Shown here in pieces: positions 28,372-42,217 of a stretch of 64,000 nucleotides of DNA. The notes beneath the pieces were generated by a model. The model was not told the origin of the DNA. It saw only the letters and a program-made list of their open reading frames with translations, and made no database searches. Source of the stretch: Ptychomitrium polyphyllum (lineage: Eukaryota); assembly GCA_973851085.1 (NCBI GenBank), contig OZ316775.1:3472001-3536000 (forward strand), given 5' to 3'. The stretch's first letter is position 1. Each line of letters opens with the position of its first letter. The position numbers were made by a program, and so were the translations under genes.

Positions 28372-28482
28372 ACCATATACCAACAGTTGAGCGACAGTAG
28401 TCGCTGCTTATTTATAATTCTCTAGTGCGCTTTCTAAAGTGTGTACGAAGATATGCAGTGTGCCGGAATAAAAGCGCCATAA
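28372..28482 (-). ncRNA. Candidate H/ACA-like snoRNA
   Basis: Minus strand reads stem gcgcttt/aaagcgc, AGAGAA (H box), hairpin agcgac-tact-gtcgct, terminal ATA (AUA variant). No target recognised. Confidence 0.35.
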
Positions 28483-28570
28483 CAATGGAAGTCCGTCTCA
28501 AGTCCGGAAAATGACCAAGAGTGCCAGATATCCACGACTTTGAGGAACAATATTTCAATATTTCCTCGAA

Positions 28571-28835
28571 AAATGTTTGTCGATTCGATGTCTCCAGCTA
28601 ATCTTGAGGCATTACTTTTTACGCACGAACATGGTCTACTTCCTTTGTCGACCGAACTGAATTACATGCGTAATCGAAGATTGCAAGACATCGCAAACAA
28701 TGTTCATAGAAAAGATGTTTACTATTACCTTGTCCAGCTCAAACCACGACTTTTCATCATCAAGTGATGGTGTCGAGGATATTTATAATGACGTCGATTA
28801 GTTCGTTAACTGAAGTTTAACGAACTGGCAGGAAA
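28571..28835 (-). ncRNA. Candidate long (~265 nt) H/ACA-like structured RNA
   Basis: Minus strand: a branched 5' hairpin (cctgccag..ctggacaagg enclosing gttcgttaa..ttaacgaac), H box ATAGTA (plus 28720-28725), a long 3' hairpin (cgatgtct/agacatcg, aatctt/aagatt, attac/gtaat), then ACA plus 3 nt (plus 28574-28576). Directly downstream of U14. Confidence 0.45.
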
Positions 28836-28878
28836 TATGTTTTCCTCCAGAAATCAAGAATGATTAAGACGTATTGCC

Positions 28879-29004
28879 GAAGTCTCAGATATCCAAGGAA
28901 GGTTTGAAAACAGCATTAGCTCTCAATCCCGTCAAGGCGAAAGCTTTAGGCGGCCACTGCGAATGTTTGAGAAACAAGCCTAGAAGTTCATCATCACCGA
29001 CTTC
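28879..29004 (-). ncRNA. U14: U14 box C/D snoRNA
   Basis: Minus strand: GAAGTC stem, box C ATGATGA, AGGCTTGTTTCTCAAA-CATTCGCAGTGGCCGCC (domain A, 18S complement), plant Y-domain-like AAGCTTTCGCCTT..GAGAGCT, CCTTCCTTGGATAT (domain B), box D CTGA, closing GACTTC. Confidence 0.95.
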
Positions 29005-29041
29005 AGCAACAGCGACAGTAAATTCCTTATATTGCAGATGA

Positions 29042-29153
29042 GTGTTCGCTCAGATCAGCGGGTTAACTATCATATGGGATGCGAAACTAGGTTTCTGTCC
29101 CCGTATCAAGTCTGTTGAGCTTGACGTAATTTACTTGTCATCAACACGAACAC
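29042..29153 (-). ncRNA. Box C/D snoRNA, double guide for 25S rRNA (probably snoR29-like)
   Basis: Terminal stem GTGTTCG/CGAACAC, box C TTGATGA. D' guide GTCAAGCTCAACAG complements 25S CUGUUGAGCUUGAC; D guide CCCGCTGAT before CTGA complements 25S AUCAGCGGG. The family name is from recall. Confidence 0.88.
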
Positions 29154-29193
29154 CCCCCGCCAGACTCGAAACTTAGAAACATACGAAACAGGC

Positions 29194-29276
29194 AAGGCTC
29201 AGTTCGTGACCAGTTTCTCATCACATGTTTCAGTAGCAGAACTGGCTTAAACTGGTATGTTGATCATCAGCGCTTT
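29194..29276 (-). ncRNA. Box C/D snoRNA, U38/snR61-like guide for 25S rRNA
   Basis: Minus strand: CTGATGA (C), guide GCCAGTTCTGCT-A, CTGA (D'), GTGATGA (C'), CTGA (D), short terminal stem. The guide complements 25S AGCAGAACUGGC, and the +5 rule points to the A equivalent to yeast Am1133. Confidence 0.88.
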
Positions 29277-29300
29277 CGAAGGAAATAAAAGACGAAGAAA

Positions 29301-29470
29301 GCTGTGGGGTTAATGATTGATTGTTAATCCAGACATAACGGTCTGCCTAACTGCCCATTCTCCCAAGCACTCTAGCATATCCACCATTCAACTTCCTGTG
29401 TGTAGATACGAGCCACAGTGTTGTACACACGGGATTGCTTTCCAAACCCTGACAGAAGAGAATAGATAAC
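29301..29470 (-). ncRNA. Candidate H/ACA-like snoRNA
   Basis: Minus strand: hairpin with gtgtgta/tacacac, a hinge AGAGTG (imperfect H box), hairpin ggg..aatg..gttag/ttaac..catt..ccc, then ACA plus 3 nt. It fills the gap between two C/D units. Confidence 0.4.
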
Positions 29471-29473
29471 ATC

Positions 29474-29564
29474 GAGGATCAGATTTTCTGGCTTGGCTCT
29501 TTCGAGCTAAATAGCAAGGTTCGAATCAGCGTCGGTCATTTGGGGAAAGTATCCTCATTTCCTC
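29474..29564 (-). ncRNA. Candidate box C/D snoRNA with variant box C (AUGAGGA); target not recognised
   Basis: Terminal stem GAGGA/TCCTC, ATGAGGA, internal CTGA (D'), a GCTC-GAAA-GAGC tetraloop hairpin, terminal CTGA. Confidence 0.6.
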
Positions 29565-29737
29565 CATGTCAACAAAAGAATCAATCAGACTCTAGACTCC
29601 CTACACAGAAAACAACGCAACCTCCACACAAAAATCCCTTCCCTGCCCATAGTGCACAGAACCAAAGGCTCAGGAAAACATAGCAGAAACGAAGGTGAGT
29701 AAGTCAGAAAACATAATATTGTGGCCTCAGATGAGGA

Positions 29738-29829
29738 CTATATAGAAGGCTGAAGGAGCCGAGAGTCTCAAAGTGGGAGTTCGGAAGGACGGCGGCCAAA
29801 ACCTAACCCTAACCCTAAACCTAGGGCCC
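29738..29829 (-). promoter_or_regulatory. Putative promoter of the snoRNA cluster: TATA, telo-box-like repeats and GGGCCC
   Basis: CTATATAG at 29738-29745, AACCCTA twice at 29805-29817, GGGCCC at 29824-29829. TATA plus telo-box plus site II is the established architecture of plant snoRNA and ribosome-biogenesis promoters. Confidence 0.6.
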
Positions 29830-30018
29830 CCTATTTCCGCCAATCTGTAGCTGAATCGTGACACTGTCATTGTACGTATGATTCGTATAATATGGGTATG
29901 CGTCAGCCGTATACTAAAATCTCGTTATGCTGCACTATATAAACATTTGTAGATTTCCGATGTCGACATGTAAGCGCGGGGTAGATGTTTGGAAAAAGCT
30001 GCTCTTGATGATGCAATC

Positions 30019-30072
30019 TAAACTAGTAAGGCGGCCATCATATGTTAAACTAGTAAGGCGGTCATCATATGT
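30019..30072. repeat. 27 bp tandem duplication (2 copies, 1 mismatch)
   Basis: taaactagtaaggcggccatcatatgt followed by taaactagtaaggcggtcatcatatgt, at the edge of a ~1.4 kb very AT-rich tract. Confidence 0.85.
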
Positions 30073-31521
30073 TTGATGTGATGGCAAGTAATGCAAGTAA
30101 AACAAGTAGGTATTAAATAATAAACACTAAAAAAAGACATTAACAAAATTAAAACCAAAAATAAAATTCATAAGTTTAGATAAGAAAGGACAAAGCTATT
30201 AGGATTTTCTTCGTGCTACATATTATTAGTTTTATTCTTTAAAAAATAATACTTAAATATTTAAGTTAAAAACATGAAATTATTCAAGCAATTGTAAAGC
30301 ACATTGCATTAGAAAATTTTGATTATCTTGTGACTTTTCATCAATAATGCTTTTGAAATGATAATGCTTGTTGCACATATAGAACCTATTGAAATATAAA
30401 TAATATTTTTAATGTAGTTGGTTTTTTTAAATACTTTTAAAGAAATTTGAAAGTAAAATTATTATTTGGATATTAAAATATTATGTTATATTACATTTCA
30501 AAATAAACAGCAGTTTGTTGCATTGTACTTCATATTTACTTTTAAATTTTATAAAACATCTTTTTTCAAATTATGTTTTAAAATAATCAATTGAAATTTG
30601 AATTTTTTGAATATAAAATTCATGTTGTATTCTATAATGTTGCCAAGTTAACATTTGAGGTCATCAATGTTACTTGGTTCATTTGGCATGGATATTTGAT
30701 GTTTAAATTGATTTTATATATTTAGAAATTTTAACATATACAATGATAATATTATAAAAATACAAGGAAAAAATTAGTTTGTAGTCAAACTAATTTCAAT
30801 CTAGTTTTTTAACTTTTAATAACCTTTTATATACTAATAAAAGTGGTGAAATTTTTTGAATTCTTATTATATAATTTAAAATTACAATTTACAAATTAAA
30901 TTCATATATTATGTAACAATATTGGAACTTTATTGTTCCAAAGAATATGAAATTAACGCTTCTTTTCTAGTCATAATTTAATTATTTAAAAAAATTATAA
31001 TTTGTAATAAACAACTCCATTAAAATTATAACTTAAATGATGAGTTAATCATACTTGTAACAACATTTTTTACTACTAAACATAAATTGTCATTGGTAAT
31101 GAAAATGCTTATAGACAATGCATAAAAGCATGTTTAAGAGTTAGATATTTTTGCAAACATTCTCAATGTCTTAATAAGGAGGATAGTCATGTAAATTACT
31201 TGTTTCTAAAATCCAGTACTTTAAATTCAAGAAATCCACAATCAATTTACATGTAGTTTATTAATCATATTTTGATTTTCCATCAAATGTTTAATGCATT
31301 TGTTAATCATTCAAGACTTGTTTTAATCTCCAAACCAACCATCCAAGATTCCACTGCACTTTTAGAGATGTTAGAATTATTGTTTATTATTATTTATTTC
31401 AAAAAGTGAATATCTGATCCCAGATGCATACACTAGAATGTTTAATCAACCAAGTTGCTGAAACATTATGGCACTGGAGCATGTGCTCCAATTGTAGATT
31501 AAAATGAGATTAAGAAGAGAA

Positions 31522-31646
31522 TGAGATATTTGGTTGAGAAAGTGATTGAATTTGCAAATAACTTTGTTAACTTGTAAAGCTTCAAAAACTGTTCAGCTTT
31601 GCAAAGTTATTTATAAATTCAATCCCTCTCTCAACCAAATATCTCA
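31522..31646. repeat. 125 bp foldback inverted repeat (MITE-like or hairpin RNA)
   Basis: Arms 31522-31566 and 31602-31646 are reverse complements at 41 of 45 positions. Confidence 0.85.
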
Positions 31647-32109
31647 CCAGTCATCTTCCACACAACAAATACTGGGCAATGGAAGAACAAACACTTAAGT
31701 TGAGTAGAGTTCTTTTTCTTTCTTACATGCAACTGAAGGTTTTGAACTTGTAGATTGCTAGCGATATTAGAAGGAGCAGCTAGCTTGTACTAAAATCCTT
31801 CATAAACAAACGGTAATGAAAACGGAGATCTGCGGTGTCACCATTCCAAACATCCAGAGAATCGGTTATCAACCAAACTGCTGAATTCAACAATATATCC
31901 AGCTGTCAGCAAGACCAGACAATGTGAAACAACGCACTATAAACGCAATTGCATTACCGTAACAATCTCACCTCGTCTACTACAAATCACAGAGATAATC
32001 TGCATCCTATAACTTTGTAACAACACTGGAGGAGAAAGATTCATAATGAAAATCATTAGTTTATTAGACATCAATAATTGCCCTCTTATTCCCACATCCT
32101 GAACTGAGT

Positions 32110-35100
32110 TCATGAATATCCTAATCTCTCGTTAAGATGAGCTAATCTTTTGCCTGCCTTGGTGAACCTCAAGCTTTTTGCCGACTTGGAACGCACCCCT
32201 GATCCTTTCTTGGCAGGCCTTTTGGGCAGCTTTTTCCCACGCTTGAACACCGCTAGTACCTCGATACTGTAAAGCCATACAAACGTGAGAACTGCCTTTG
32301 GAAACAGCTATCAAATCTATTGCTCAACTAGAAAGTCAACAGTTCATTGTCTCAGAGTATCTTCTACGTGAATAAAGTTATAGAGCAGTAATGATGGTAA
32401 AGCGTTCAATAGAAATACTTCACCTGTTTGTACCCGGGAAGAAATTATACGCATGAGCTGTATCAAGGTGCCACGCGTTCCCTTCAACGAGAGCATCATG
32501 ATCCTGTAATAAAGTCAGGAGGTTCCGATGCAGATTTAGTAATATTGCACCGGGGTTAAAAGTATGACTCTGTTAGTCTTGCAGTGAAACAATATTTGTA
32601 CTTAACCAGTTCACAACGAAATCGATAATACGAATCAAATAATATGACTCACTTACAGAGGCTTCCCGGATTTCATCTTTATTTCAGCAGTTCTCTACAT
32701 AAATAGCAACAACCCACAAAGAGCAAGTCCTCTCTTAGAAATTTTGGAGATACGTTTGTACTAGTTGTAGGTAGCTAACATACCAGCTTGAACGCTTGCC
32801 ATCCACAGCTCACGTAAAGAAGCGTGCCGGGCCAAACATCATCATCATCTTCCCAGCCTGATATGCCTTCCTTACGTACACTACCTTGCTTAGCTCGCAC
32901 TATCCAAGGCCGCTTTTCAACTCTGCATGAACCACCCAATTAACTAAGGCCCTACCACTTCGAGCTTATATTACAGGAGTGCAACAGATTATTAAAATTA
33001 GAAAGAAATCTCAAATTCAGCGCTTTGTAAGCACATTAAACTCTACAAACCCTAAATCCTATAATCATCAAGTATCCAACACCAATGTTTAAAGCATTTC
33101 GAGAGAACGAAAAGTGTGAACTTACTTATCGGTTGCTTTTGAAGGCGGTGCTTTCTTCTTGCCCAGGCCCCGAAATGCAGCGAGTCGCAAGGCCTCTAGT
33201 ACGGGCAGGTCGAGACCTTTTCTAGGTGGATCCACCACTACGATATCTGATCCTTCTAACCAGTTGATTGGTGACTGCAATCAAGTATAATGAGAAACCA
33301 GAATCCGATCGTACATTAAAACATACGAGTTTTCAGGCCATCAGTTGCACATAGAAAACAATGCTCTTGTGCATAAACCACTAGCAACTGCTCTGTGGCT
33401 AAAACTGTCGCTGAAAAAGTATGGCAGGCTAAAGCCCACGACATTTGAATAAACTTTGGAGTAAAATTATGAATATCTTAAAAACCTCTTGCGAAACAAA
33501 ACTCTGAACGACTTACATCAACTTACCACAGAGACATCAGCACAATGCCAACTGATTTCGGAGTTCACAGAAGCAGGAAGCCGCGCCAAGGATCTCTCAA
33601 AAACAGCTCTAGCTTCTTTGTTCACCTCCACACATTTCACTACCCTGCGCATTCGTGTCCGAAAGTCTCAATCCAACTCGTCGAATAACACATAACGTCT
33701 TAAAAGACAACTAAAGACTTAGATCAAATACAAAAATGTAAACGTCATCATTTCTCAATGCTTTACCAAAGTAATCCGATATCAGGTAATTATCAAGAAG
33801 TTGGAACAGCAATGTCGTTAGAAGGTCACCTGCATTTTCGGACAGCAGCCAGGCTGAGACCAATGGCGCCAACGCCTGCATAAAGCTCTACCACTTTACT
33901 CCCTATTTTAACTACCTTCTGCATCCTCCTTAGCAACGCTTCAAATGCCTGCCCAACACCATGGTCAACGAATAAGTCCTCGCAGATAGCGCCACCATCT
34001 TAATCACTTGCGGGTAATAACAGAACTTGGAAAGTATTACTAGAATGCGTAAAAAACTTTCAGGACACTCTATAAGGTTTCTCCTTTTCATTCTTCAGTC
34101 ACTTAGCATATCGACCAGGGGTCAAAAATTTATAAAAACAGGTTAAAAGATTGAGGACCTGAGTATTAGCTTGCCCAAAGCTGGCCGGTGTAAATGCAAT
34201 GTCCACACCCCCAACACGCTCCCAGAGCTCTGGCTCTCCCACTAAATGCCTCCATCGACCACCAAAGATTACCTGCACAAAACACATCAGGGACCATAAG
34301 GATACAACATGCAATTCGACACTTATGTAGCAGAATAAATACTTCTAGATATAAATGGCCTATATCAATCTGTGACTCCAAACACTTCACGACATAAACA
34401 CCTAGAAATGAGATAACTGAGACGTAGAGGGTGCAAAGAGTGAGGTTAGACAGATGCATTACATTGGAGCGAGAGGTCTGAAAGTTTGCCCACACTGAGT
34501 GCAAAACAGGAGTGACAGTCTTCGGGTTACCCCTCCTCCATAGCATCTGCAATCATAAACATAGCAATGCAGGCCGTTAGCTTCAGAAGATAGTAATGAA
34601 ACGAAAGAGGGTGTGAAGAAGCAGAAGAAATGGACGTTAACATGAACAGCACAGGTACATAAGATGCTAATCAGATGAACCACCTCAGCCATTTTGCGTA
34701 GTTTGTCATCTTGGACAGAGTCTTCACCTCTTGCATTCCATACCAGAGATATTTGCACTTTACCTGAGAAAACGATTGTACTTTTCTATGTCAGATAATT
34801 AACAATAATAATAAAAACCCACCCTTTACAAAGAGTTCCCGGGAGTTCAATTTCAAGTCGAATATGATACTAGGTACAATCTTGTCGTTTATGCAGTAAA
34901 CCTCGTATAGCGAGGGGCTGATTTGCAAGTAAATATACTTCAAGTTGATATAAATACACAGACCCTAACATACCTATCCAGATCTCTTAACATTAAGCTA
35001 TTATATGTAATCATAAATCTATGAAACTCAGAACTGCACATGGCACTTGCCTACTGTGTTCTTTCTATGTCGAGCAATATTTTAAGTGTCAAGATGGTTA

Positions 35101-37740
35101 CAAAACCTAAATATTACTCGAAAGTTGCATCTGTTGAACTATAAATAACATGTGGCGTCCAATGACGAAATGGCTGGATGCCCACCTTTTGAATATCGCG
35201 ATGCTGAAGGTACGGACGTGTTGAAGGTAGTTACCACCATCTGCACGAGTTGCAGATCACAAATGATCAAATCCAGCAGGAATAGGTGATTCAACAGCAC
35301 TCCACTAATACTCCAAATCAAACGTTCTGAATGCCCGAAACATATCACCAGCTTCTCATATACCCCAGTAAGTCGTAGTACGAGTTTATTTGAACTGACG
35401 TGCAAATAAAAGAAAAAGTCAGGTTTTCCAACAACTTGAGCCATTAAAAGAACCAAATTCCACTGAGCAAATAAGGGTAGCTGGGAGGCAATGCAAGGAC
35501 TTGCCTGGACATAACGGAGTTCGCCAGTGTGCTTATCTTCACTGTAAGGTTGAACACCAAGATCCTGAATTGCTGCAGCATACCAAATGAATATGGCTTG
35601 CATACATCAGTTGTAATCCAGAGCGGTACGTCGCGAAACCTAACTCTTTCGAACTCCTATTTGCCACCAAAATTTAAATATGAGATACGAAAAACTAAGG
35701 GATTCAGAGTCACCTTGTTTTACAAGCTTCACAGCGTCATTGATGCTTGGATGATGAGCTGAAATATCAAAACCAAATCCCACATTAACTACTGATTACA
35801 TGGCTGATGATGAAAACAGTGACTACTATCCTATAGAGAATGTTCAAAATAGGTTACAACGACCAACATCGAACACTCCGCACTTTCCTAGTGGATATCC
35901 ATAAAAGATTCAAAAACATTATACCCTTCCTCATTCAATGAGTGATCTTCTTAGAAGATAGTTAGCAAATAAGGTTTAAACCTGAAATGAAAAATTGCAT
36001 ATGATAATAACGTACTGCGACAGAATGGAATATCAACAATCGAGTGAGTTCCTTCTTCAAAGAGTCCTATTTGTGGATCTTCCGAAGTACCACGCACTGC
36101 CAACTTGGCTCGACACCTCCATTCAACCTGCAAAGTATCCAATGTGAGTAAGCCCTGACTCAAAAATTCTTCAAAATGCACAAATTCCTAAAATCAATTG
36201 AAGACAGGCCAATGTATAGAAGCAATGTACCATGGCAAACTTCAAGCTCCAACTAAAAGCACACTATCAATGCAACGAAGTTTAAAAACAAGCCAGCAGA
36301 GTACACAACTTTCAAATTATAAGAGAGGATTTAATACCAGAGGACCAGGCGCAAGGGAAAAGCTTGGCACACCCCGGCCCGCAAAGAACGCTTTTGCTTC
36401 ATTCATTATAGGCGGCTGGTCTAGACCCACATCCAATACACAACCAGAGCATCTGATACCCCATCTCCAAAAGGGATGATGAGCATAAGAGATCACAGAG
36501 TTTAGTTTTGATACAAAATATTCAAATTTGTTACTATTGCCTTTATACTCTCATGTGACCTATGAAGACCTTACGTATTCATTATCTGATTTACGAAACA
36601 CATAGTGGAAACGCATCAATTACACCTAAATCCTGCGTTCTTCAGAGCGACAAAAAGCGTGCACCGAAACGAATACCTGGCGAAGTGTTTGCAGTTTAAA
36701 TCTGAATCTGGATTCCTTAAAAAATCGTCCCTACTTTCAGCTAGAAATTGGTTGTTCGCAGCTTTATCAAACGATTCGTCTTCGTCATCGTCACTTTCTT
36801 CTTCCCCTTCACTCAGAAAATCATCGACTTCCTCGTCAGCAAACAAATACTCTCTCTGTTGGCTTGGACTACGTTGGTTGCTATCTGGCCGCCTGTAATA
36901 CTTCGTTTTTACCGTTGTCTCCTCACCGGAGATAAGTTTTTGAAGAAAAGGAAGCTCACTCACTTCACTATCCTTAATGGTGGAGTTACTGCCTTCAGGT
37001 GGTGTCTGGGTTCTCTTACCAGGATACCAACCACGATGAAGCTTAGGTTTGGTCTCTTTGAAATCCCTACTAGGAGGATGTCTACGAGGATTTTTCGAGA
37101 GCGAAGAACCATCCTGCATATTTAAAGCTGTGCATCTCAGACACACCTTCCCTGCAACGCATAAAACAAAGAGCACCCATATTTTGAGACTTGTCAAATA
37201 AATGACTTACTTTCTGTGAGTAAGTCCTGACAAAGGAACTAGCAGGCCTTGCAGAAAATTTCAATAATCCCTGCAAGAAAGTACTACAACGTGCTACTGG
37301 TGCATAACACTGACAACTTGAACAACTAAAGATAGAGGTTCCGTAGTCTAGGACAGGTTGCAGCAGAGAATTCCAAATGGTAAAAGCAAAGCATAAAATC
37401 AGTGCAGGCCGCTTGAACCATGAACTCTAAACCCTAACCCTTTACTTGGAGTACTTGAAAATCACATTAAAACCGCAATTCTATAACTAATCTTCAAAGC
37501 AAGTAATGCGAGAAGCAGTTGAAATGGCTACCAGTAGTCTAAAACCAAGAGTCTGAAAGAACTAAACCAAGAAAACGCACCTGAATTCTGCCCCTGCAAC
37601 TCATTCACTCCCACCGGAGCTCTCAACTGCAATCCAGGACATAATGTCTGGAGACTCGAGCTTCCAAAAGTTCCCAACGACGTAAAAACGGTTGGGTTTA
37701 AGGAACCCAACACAGCCCCCGAGCACAAATACGACGTCAT
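32110..37740 (-). CDS. SAM-dependent RNA (m5U-type, RlmD/TrmA-like) methyltransferase, likely organelle-targeted, many exons
   Basis: Fe-S motif 'CKHFARCSGC', 'WRCRAKLAVRG..IGLFEEGTH', 'FTPASFGQANTQ', SAM motif 'VVELYAGVGAIGL', 'VVVDPPRKGLD', 'YVSCGW', 'AYNFFPGTNSIEVLAVF'. First exon 37740-37581 encodes a Ser/Thr-rich, transit-peptide-like sequence. Stop at 32110-32112. Confidence 0.88.
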
Positions 37741-38615
37741 GACGCCCACCACTCAGGTCCAGTAAAAACGACCAAATCTCGCACCCCTCATGACATCGAT
37801 TTCTTCCCCACAACACTTGCCGGCAAATATGAAAATCTTCGAAGCTCAGCTGCTACAAGGGCTATTGAAAAAGAAATTCAAGAAAGCAAATAACTCCAAC
37901 TAGGCGGGAAAAAAACAGGAGACTGGAGAAAGAGAGACACGATTGAGCCAGAAGGAATGCGTACGATAACAAAACGATGCGAAAATAAGGCTATAAATTC
38001 ACTGAAAATTCCGGTACAGAGACAAACAAATGTGAATTCTTCGCGGGGTCTGCATATCTAGCAACGATCTCAAGGTTTGTCCTTAAACCCTAATGAGAAC
38101 ATTCGAACACGTATCTCCAGTTCAGGATAAGACAGGGCACCTTACCTCCAGAAACATTCATCTCACATCTAACGATTCTCATTCAAATCCTCAGGAACTA
38201 CAGTGAGCGGCAGAGAAGTACTATACTCAGCTGAAGCCCGGTGACCGACGCTGGCTCCAACGACAAAAGTGACACACAACCACAGATATAACACTCTTCA
38301 TCCAATCACAGAACAGAAAACTCCACCTTCCAACTCAAAGAAAAAACCCATTCTTACATGCATCCAAAGGTAACCATCATGGACTACAGCGCCACCTACG
38401 CCACAGTCCTGCCGAAGCACCAAATCCCAGTTCAAATTTGAAATCAAGTTCAACAAAGCTGTGGACCACAACCAACACAATAATCCCATACTCTTCAAAT
38501 TCAAAACTTAGTAACGACAGGATTCGGGGATTCATCCTCACATTCACCAATTCCAACGCGCAACAGAGCTCGGATGAGGCTGTAATCCAACCCGAAATGC
38601 ACTCCACCCCGCTAA

Positions 38616-42217
<3,602 letters not shown>

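Noticed and set aside
28754..28763. Box C-like ATGATGA on the minus strand
   Set aside because: No box D or terminal stem at a suitable distance; it falls in a loop of the H/ACA-like candidate.
29665..29735. Three CTGA motifs on the minus strand near the cluster start
   Set aside because: No upstream box C; more likely leader sequence.
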